Part shown: positions 58,988-64,000 of the stretch, piece after piece | Layout: every line of letters starts with the position of its first letter | How positions within the stretch are numbered: position 1 is the first letter of the stretch | Source of the DNA: Acidobacteriota bacterium | GTDB taxonomy: Bacteria > Acidobacteriota > CAIWXX01 | Direction: 5' to 3' | Assembly (NCBI GenBank): GCA_040755995.1 | Contig: JBFMAF010000023.1 | Location: forward strand, 1 to 64,000 | DNA: 64,000 nt | Made by a program: the position numbers and the translations under genes | The notes under the pieces: generated by a model | Seen by the model: the letters and a program-made list of their open reading frames with translations, nothing else | The model's database searches: none | What the model was told of the DNA's origin: nothing

Positions 58988-60166
58988 ATGGAAACGCTGT
59001 TTCCACGACTACTCGAACTGCCGAAACGGTCTTTCTTCCTCTTCGGGCCTCGGGGAGTGGGGAAGAGCACGTGGCTCAGGCACGTACTGCCGGACGCGGT
59101 CCGGCTTGACCTTCTGGATGCGAGCCTGTTCCTGGAGCTCAATCGCGATCCGCACGTGCTGGAGGGGCTCGTCGGGCGCCGGCCCGCGCAGTCGTGGGTG
59201 GTCATCGATGAGATTCAGAAGTGCCCTGCGCTGCTGGACGAAGTGCAGCGCCTGTTGACCGACCGGCGCTGGCGGTTTGCACTCTGCGGCTCGTCCGCGC
59301 GAAAGCTGCGGCGAGGCGGCGCGAATCTGCTGGCCGGCCGCGCCCTGACGCGCCGGATGCTGCCTTTCGTGTCCGCGGAAGTCGGAGACGCTTTCGATTT
59401 CCATCGCGCGATCGAGTGGGGGAATCTCCCTTACGTCCTGCAGGATCTGCCCGGCGCGCCGGACATCCTGAGCGCGTATGTCAACACGTATCTGAAGGAG
59501 GAGATCCGGGAAGAGGGCGCGGTGCGCCGATTGGAGCCGTTCGTGCGGTTCCTGTCGGTGGCGGGGATGTTGAGCGGCCGGGCCGTCAGCGGGCAGAATA
59601 TCGCTCGCGAAGCTGCGGTCTCGCGGAGCACTGTCGACAACTACTTTGCCGTACTCGAGGACACGCTCATCGGGACATTCCTGCCTGCGTACCGGCCGGC
59701 TGTGAAGGTGAGGGAGCGAGCGCACCCCAAGTTCTACTGGTTCGACCCCGGCGTGGCACGCGCGGCGGCAGGACTTCAGCGACAGACGCCGGACGGCGAC
59801 TGGCTCGGCCGCTCGCTGGAGACGCTGGTGCTGCATGAGATGCGGGTCTACAACGAGGTGAGCGGCAAGCAGTGCCCCCTGGCCTTCTATCGCACACCAG
59901 CCGGAGTCGAGATCGACTTTGTCATCGAGACGCGACGCCGGACAATGTCGACACCGGGGCGCGTCGTCTGCGTGGAGGTAAAGCTGGCCGGGAAGTGGGA
60001 TCGGCGCTGGGAACAGCCGCAGCGTGACCTCGCGGCGCAATCGGGGCTTCGTGTCGATCGCATGATCGGGGTGTACACAGGCACGCGGTCGTATTCTTTC
60101 GGCGAATTCGACGTCCTGCCGGTCGAGAGCTTCCTCCGGCGTCTCCACGCCGGCCAGATCTTCTGA
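58988..60166 (+). CDS. AAA_14 ATPase with DUF4143 / PD-(D/E)XK-like C-terminus
   Basis: GPRGVGKST, VVIDEIQ, GSSA, LAGR, PKFYWFDPG, FYRT..GVEIDFVIE...VEVK. Confidence 0.9.
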   Translation: METLFPRLLELPKRSFFLFGPRGVGKSTWLRHVLPDAVRLDLLDASLFLELNRDPHVLEGLVGRRPAQSWVVIDEIQKCPALLDEVQRLLTDRRWRFALCGSSARKLRRGGANLLAGRALTRRMLPFVSAEVGDAFDFHRAIEWGNLPYVLQDLPGAPDILSAYVNTYLKEEIREEGAVRRLEPFVRFLSVAGMLSGRAVSGQNIAREAAVSRSTVDNYFAVLEDTLIGTFLPAYRPAVKVRERAHPKFYWFDPGVARAAAGLQRQTPDGDWLGRSLETLVLHEMRVYNEVSGKQCPLAFYRTPAGVEIDFVIETRRRTMSTPGRVVCVEVKLAGKWDRRWEQPQRDLAAQSGLRVDRMIGVYTGTRSYSFGEFDVLPVESFLRRLHAGQIF

Positions 60167-60195
60167 GACGAAGCCCGGGCCGGCGTCGCGACGCC

Positions 60196-60861
60196 CTACC
60201 GCTGACCTTCGCGCTCCAGCTCGAATACGAACTGTTGGGCCAGCAGCGACGGCCATGCCCGGCAGAGCGCATAATCGAGCCATTTCAGCGGGAACACGCG
60301 GTAGAGCCCGTACGGAAGCACGCTTGGAGTGACTGTCATGCGCCTCGTGCGCAGGCCGAGGCGCCGGAACATCTGCTGGGCAGTCCGCTTCGTGAAGAAG
60401 CGCAGGTGGGACTCATCGAGTATGCCGACCTGCTCGTACTCGAATCGGCCGGCCAGCAGCGACAGGCGTATCTTCCAATTGGCGATGTTTGGGATTGAAC
60501 AGAGAATCCGGCCGCCGTCCCGGAGATACGGGAAGAACTTCCGAACGTTGTCGTCGGGCCTAACGGTGTGCTCGAGCACGTCCGCGAAGATGATGTAATC
60601 GAAGACCCTGGCGCAGTCGAGCGACTCGATCGTGTCGATGTCGGCATTCCATACCCGCTCGCAGTACCGTGCGGCATCGCCCGCAGCCTCGGCAGACACA
60701 TCGATACCGAGGACGCGACAATCTCGGCGCTTCAGCTCGGCCGCGAGGTACCCCGTGGCGCATCCGACATCCAAGACGCACGAGCCGTCAGGAACCATCT
60801 CCAGAATGCGTTGGTTGGCGCTGAAGGGGCTCGGGTCGATGCGGGCATACTTGGCTGTCAT
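60196..60861 (-). CDS. Class I SAM-dependent methyltransferase
   Basis: VLDVGCATG, FADVLEH, SIPN, GILDESHLRFFT. Confidence 0.85.
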   Translation of the reverse strand: MTAKYARIDPSPFSANQRILEMVPDGSCVLDVGCATGYLAAELKRRDCRVLGIDVSAEAAGDAARYCERVWNADIDTIESLDCARVFDYIIFADVLEHTVRPDDNVRKFFPYLRDGGRILCSIPNIANWKIRLSLLAGRFEYEQVGILDESHLRFFTKRTAQQMFRRLGLRTRRMTVTPSVLPYGLYRVFPLKWLDYALCRAWPSLLAQQFVFELEREGQR

Positions 60862-60947
60862 CGGGATCTCACAACGATTCGCCGGGCCTGGGCATCGGAG
60901 GGTGTGCTTGGCGGATCTGCGGGAGGCCCTGGTTGAAGCCCGCGATT

Positions 60948-61007
60948 CGTACCCGTGCCCCTACCCGTGCCCGATCCCTCCTTCCCAGGTACGCGAACGG
61001 GTCCGCG
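60948..61007. repeat. Hexamer tandem repeats with degenerate inverted partner
   Basis: CGTACC-CGTGCC-CCTACC-CGTGCC-CGATCC then GTACGCGAACGGGTCCG. Confidence 0.45.
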
Positions 61008-61140
61008 TTGACAAGTCAGTCTCGTCGCCCCCAAATCCGTCATGCGCCGCATCGGAGGCAGGGTATTCCAAATCAGTGGAGAATGCGGTACTATCATTGT
61101 GCTGGATAGAGAATCAGCCACGCAGACTGAGGAGGGCATA

Positions 61141-61455
61141 GTGGTGGACGAGAGGCGGCGGAGGAAGCGTGTTAGCGTGGGGTTTCCAGTGAAGATCGTG
61201 GGCCTGGACGGGAGCGGCAAGCCGTTTGAAGAAATGACGCGCTCGATCGATGTCAGCCCCGGCGGCGTCAAGTGCCTGGTGAAGGCCCAAGTCAAGCTGA
61301 GCTCGCATGTGACCATCACGCTGCCCCTTCCCAGAGACATGCGGCCCACCTCGACACTGGACTATACATACACTTCGAAGGGTGTGGTCGCGCGCGTGGA
61401 GGAGTCCGCAGCCGACCCTGGTAAGCTGGCCATCGTTGTGAAGTTCGTCAGGTAG
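61141..61455 (+). CDS. PilZ domain protein
   Basis: GAGGAGG RBS; ERRRRKR (RxxxR) and DVSPGG (DxSxxG). Confidence 0.85.
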   Translation: MVDERRRRKRVSVGFPVKIVGLDGSGKPFEEMTRSIDVSPGGVKCLVKAQVKLSSHVTITLPLPRDMRPTSTLDYTYTSKGVVARVEESAADPGKLAIVVKFVR

Positions 61456-61615
61456 GCATCGCCGAAGCGCTCGTCCAGAAGGCAGCCGGCAGCCTTCGCG
61501 CCTGGGGGTCGTGCCCGCCCGCTCGACACCGATGGATTCCGGCCGTCCGGCGGTTTGGCGGTGCTCCGCTGCAGCGCACGAGCCCTGTTGGTGGGCGCAT
61601 CCGTGGTCTGGAAGC

Positions 61616-62332
61616 TCAGTCCTGCTTCTGGAGAATCACAACCTCAACTTTCCCCTTCAACCCCTGCTGGAACTCCACGGCGTCGGCGTCGCTGCCGACG
61701 ATGGAGCCGTAGTGCATGGGAATCGCGACCTTGGGGCTGAACGAAAGCGCCGCTTGGATCGCCTCATCCGCCGTCATCACATAGGTGCCTGAAACCGGCA
61801 GCATGGCGATGTCGGCCTTGATGCTCTTCATCTCCGGGATGAAGTCCGTGTCACCCGCGTGGTAGATTCGGACGCCGTCCACGGCGATCACGAACCCGAG
61901 CTTCCCGTCCGCCTTGGGATGGAACTTCTTGTTGACGTTGTAAGCAGGGACTGCCTCGATCGTGATCCCTTCCACGGTCAGCTGCTCACCGGGCTTCACG
62001 ATCTTGACGTTTCCCTTGAGCTTGCGCGCGCTGGCCGAGTCGGTCACGATCACGCTGCTCGCTTTCTGCACCTTGGCCACGTCCTCAGGCGAGCAGTGAT
62101 CGAAATGGTCGTGGGTGATGAGGATGAGATCCGCCGGCGCGGCTTTCTTCAGCTCGAAGGGATCGATGTAGATCGTCTTGCCGGCCGTGATCCGGAACGC
62201 ATCGTGGCCCAGCCAGGCGATGTTTTTCACGAACTCCTTTGCGGTCATGGTCACCTCCTTGCCTGTGGTGATACCCGAGGACACGGCGAGCGGGACGCCC
62301 GCCAGAAGTAGCAAGTAAATGAACCGGCGCAT
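61616..62332 (-). CDS. MBL-fold metallo-hydrolase
   Basis: WLGH, IYIDP, THDHFDH, YHAGDT, IPMHY; alternative start 62248. Confidence 0.9.
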   Translation of the reverse strand: MRRFIYLLLLAGVPLAVSSGITTGKEVTMTAKEFVKNIAWLGHDAFRITAGKTIYIDPFELKKAAPADLILITHDHFDHCSPEDVAKVQKASSVIVTDSASARKLKGNVKIVKPGEQLTVEGITIEAVPAYNVNKKFHPKADGKLGFVIAVDGVRIYHAGDTDFIPEMKSIKADIAMLPVSGTYVMTADEAIQAALSFSPKVAIPMHYGSIVGSDADAVEFQQGLKGKVEVVILQKQD

Positions 62333-62471
62333 CTCTCCTCCTGGGGTCAACCTCTCTCAGATCATACACCTTTTGCATCACCGGGGCCTCGACACGCGCT
62401 GAGGCACCCGAGGCGCGACGCCGATTGTTCGCGCCACTCCAATTGTACTATACTCGGATTCGAAGGGGCTG

Positions 62472-63146
62472 ATGGCCACGATAGCGGAGAACGTCGCCTC
62501 GCTGATGGAGAGGATCCGGAGAATGGAGAAGCGATCCGGGCGCGGGGAAAGCTCGGTCAGGCTGCTGGCCGCGACCAAGATGGTGGCGCCGGAGCGCATC
62601 CGCGAGGCGATCGCGGCCGGGATCGATCTGGTCGGGGAGAACAGGGTGCAGGAAGCGGAGTCCAAGCGCGGAGCGATCTCGAAGCAGGTCGAGTTCCACA
62701 TGATCGGGCACCTGCAGGGCAACAAGGCCAGGCGCGCGGTGACTCTGTTTGACTGTATCGAGTCGATCGACTCGCTGGATCTGGCTCGCAAGGTGGCCGC
62801 CGAGAAAGCCCGCGCCGGCGGGACGATGCGGGTGATGCTCGAGCTGAACTTGGGCGGCGAGGATTCCAAGAGCGGGTTTGAGGAGGACGATCTCCGGGCG
62901 CATTTCGAAAAAATCCGGCAGCTGGAAGGGTTGACGGTCAAAGGGCTGATGGCGCTTCCACCGTACGTGGAGCCGGAGGAGGCACGCCCGTATTTCCAGC
63001 GGCTGCGCCGGCTGGGCGAGGAGCTCTTCGGCCGGGAGTCGTTCGAGCTCTCAATGGGAATGAGCCACGACTTCGAGGTGGCCGTGGAGGAAGGGGCGAC
63101 GATTGTGCGGATAGGCACGGCGATTTTCGGGGAGCGGCATTACTGA
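62472..63146 (+). CDS. yggS: PLP homeostasis protein YggS
   Basis: LAATK, GENRVQE, HMIGHLQGNK, KSG, GLM, LSMGMSHD, RIGTAIFG. Confidence 0.95.
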   Translation: MATIAENVASLMERIRRMEKRSGRGESSVRLLAATKMVAPERIREAIAAGIDLVGENRVQEAESKRGAISKQVEFHMIGHLQGNKARRAVTLFDCIESIDSLDLARKVAAEKARAGGTMRVMLELNLGGEDSKSGFEEDDLRAHFEKIRQLEGLTVKGLMALPPYVEPEEARPYFQRLRRLGEELFGRESFELSMGMSHDFEVAVEEGATIVRIGTAIFGERHY

Positions 63147-63466
63147 TGTTTATTCTGGCGAATTTCCTGCAGGCCGTCGCCCAGATTCTGGACATGATCC
63201 TGTACTTTTTCATCATCCTCATCCTGATCCGTGCGCTGATTTCGTGGGTCAATCCCGATCCTTACAACCCGATAGTTCGGTTCCTTCGCGGCTCCACCGA
63301 GCCGCTGCTCAAGCCATTTCGCAAGATCCTGCCTCCGTGGCGCACGGGCGGGATCGATTTCTCGCCGTTCATAGCCACGTTGGTCCTTGTGTTTCTCAAG
63401 ATACTCATTGTCCAGTCTCTCCTCGACTATGTCTTCCGCCTGAGGGGAGGCCGAGGGTACCTGTGA
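63146..63466 (+). CDS. yggT: YggT family membrane protein
   Basis: ISWVNPDPYNPIV...TEPLL...GIDFSP. Confidence 0.9.
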   Translation: MFILANFLQAVAQILDMILYFFIILILIRALISWVNPDPYNPIVRFLRGSTEPLLKPFRKILPPWRTGGIDFSPFIATLVLVFLKILIVQSLLDYVFRLRGGRGYL

Positions 63467-63479
63467 GAGGGGGTGCACG

Positions 63480-63986
63480 ATGAAGCTCACACCATCGGAT
63501 TTGCAGCACCAGACGTTCGGGGTGAAGTTCCGGGGATATGACTGCGAGGAGGTTCGCGCGTTCCTGAACCTGGTGTCGGAGGAGTACGAGAGCCTGGTCG
63601 CCGAGTCGCTCAGGCAGAAGAACGACGCCTCGCGGCTGCGCGAGAAGCTGGCGGACTTCGAGGAGCGGGAGCGGATTCTGAAGGACACGCTGCTAAGCGC
63701 TCAGAAGGTCGCCGAGGAGATGAAGGACAACGCCAAGAAGGAGGCGGAGCTGATCATCAAGGAGGCGGAGCTGCGGGCCGAGGTGGTGATAGAGCAGGCG
63801 GGCGACCGGTTGCGACAGATCCAGGCCGAGGTATCCGAGGTCAAGCTGATGCGCGGCAATCTGGAAGATCAGCTGCAGCTCTACATCAATAACCTCCAGA
63901 AGCTCCTCGATTTCCACAAGGAGGAGGATTCCAAAGAGGATCGGCTCTCGCTGTTCGCGCGCCTGCGCCGCCGCGACACCGCTTAG
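63480..63986 (+). CDS. divIVA: DivIVA domain protein
   Basis: MKLTPSDL...F...FRGYD.EEV..FL, coiled coil; follows yggS-yggT. Confidence 0.85.
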   Translation: MKLTPSDLQHQTFGVKFRGYDCEEVRAFLNLVSEEYESLVAESLRQKNDASRLREKLADFEERERILKDTLLSAQKVAEEMKDNAKKEAELIIKEAELRAEVVIEQAGDRLRQIQAEVSEVKLMRGNLEDQLQLYINNLQKLLDFHKEEDSKEDRLSLFARLRRRDTA

Positions 63987-64000
63987 GGAATGGCTGTCGA

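Overview
GC-rich bacterial window; the gene content suggests an Acidobacteriota-like organism (inference only). Three blocks: (1) 8.1-34.3 kb, an osmoadaptation island with a sugar ABC importer (no ATPase), MOFRL glycerate kinase, glucosylglycerate phosphorylase-like GH13_18, a convergent treZ-treY-glgX-gpgS-gpgP-ggs-MscS-like operon, nhaB and a Kef-type antiporter; both operons start at sigma70-like promoters whose -35 lies inside the same 22-bp palindrome (ATTAGTTTGA-NN-TCAAACTAAT). (2) 0-7.8 kb and 34.3-60.2 kb, a plastic signalling/surface-protein region with four Hanks kinase-TM-TPR genes, an FHA-GAF protein, two TIGR02999-type ECF sigma factors and many secreted beta-propeller proteins ending in very basic IPT or CARDB domains. 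A bipartite motif RTGKCG-N15-TGTCGTT occurs five times around one ECF gene, upstream of these secreted proteins (candidate kinase-controlled ECF regulon). Intergenic spaces contain many gene scraps and degenerate attC sites. (3) 60.2-64 kb, core-like genes (methyltransferase, PilZ, MBL hydrolase, yggS-yggT-divIVA). No tRNA, rRNA, CRISPR array, integrase or reverse transcriptase was recognised. All calls are by-eye motif recognition without database searches.
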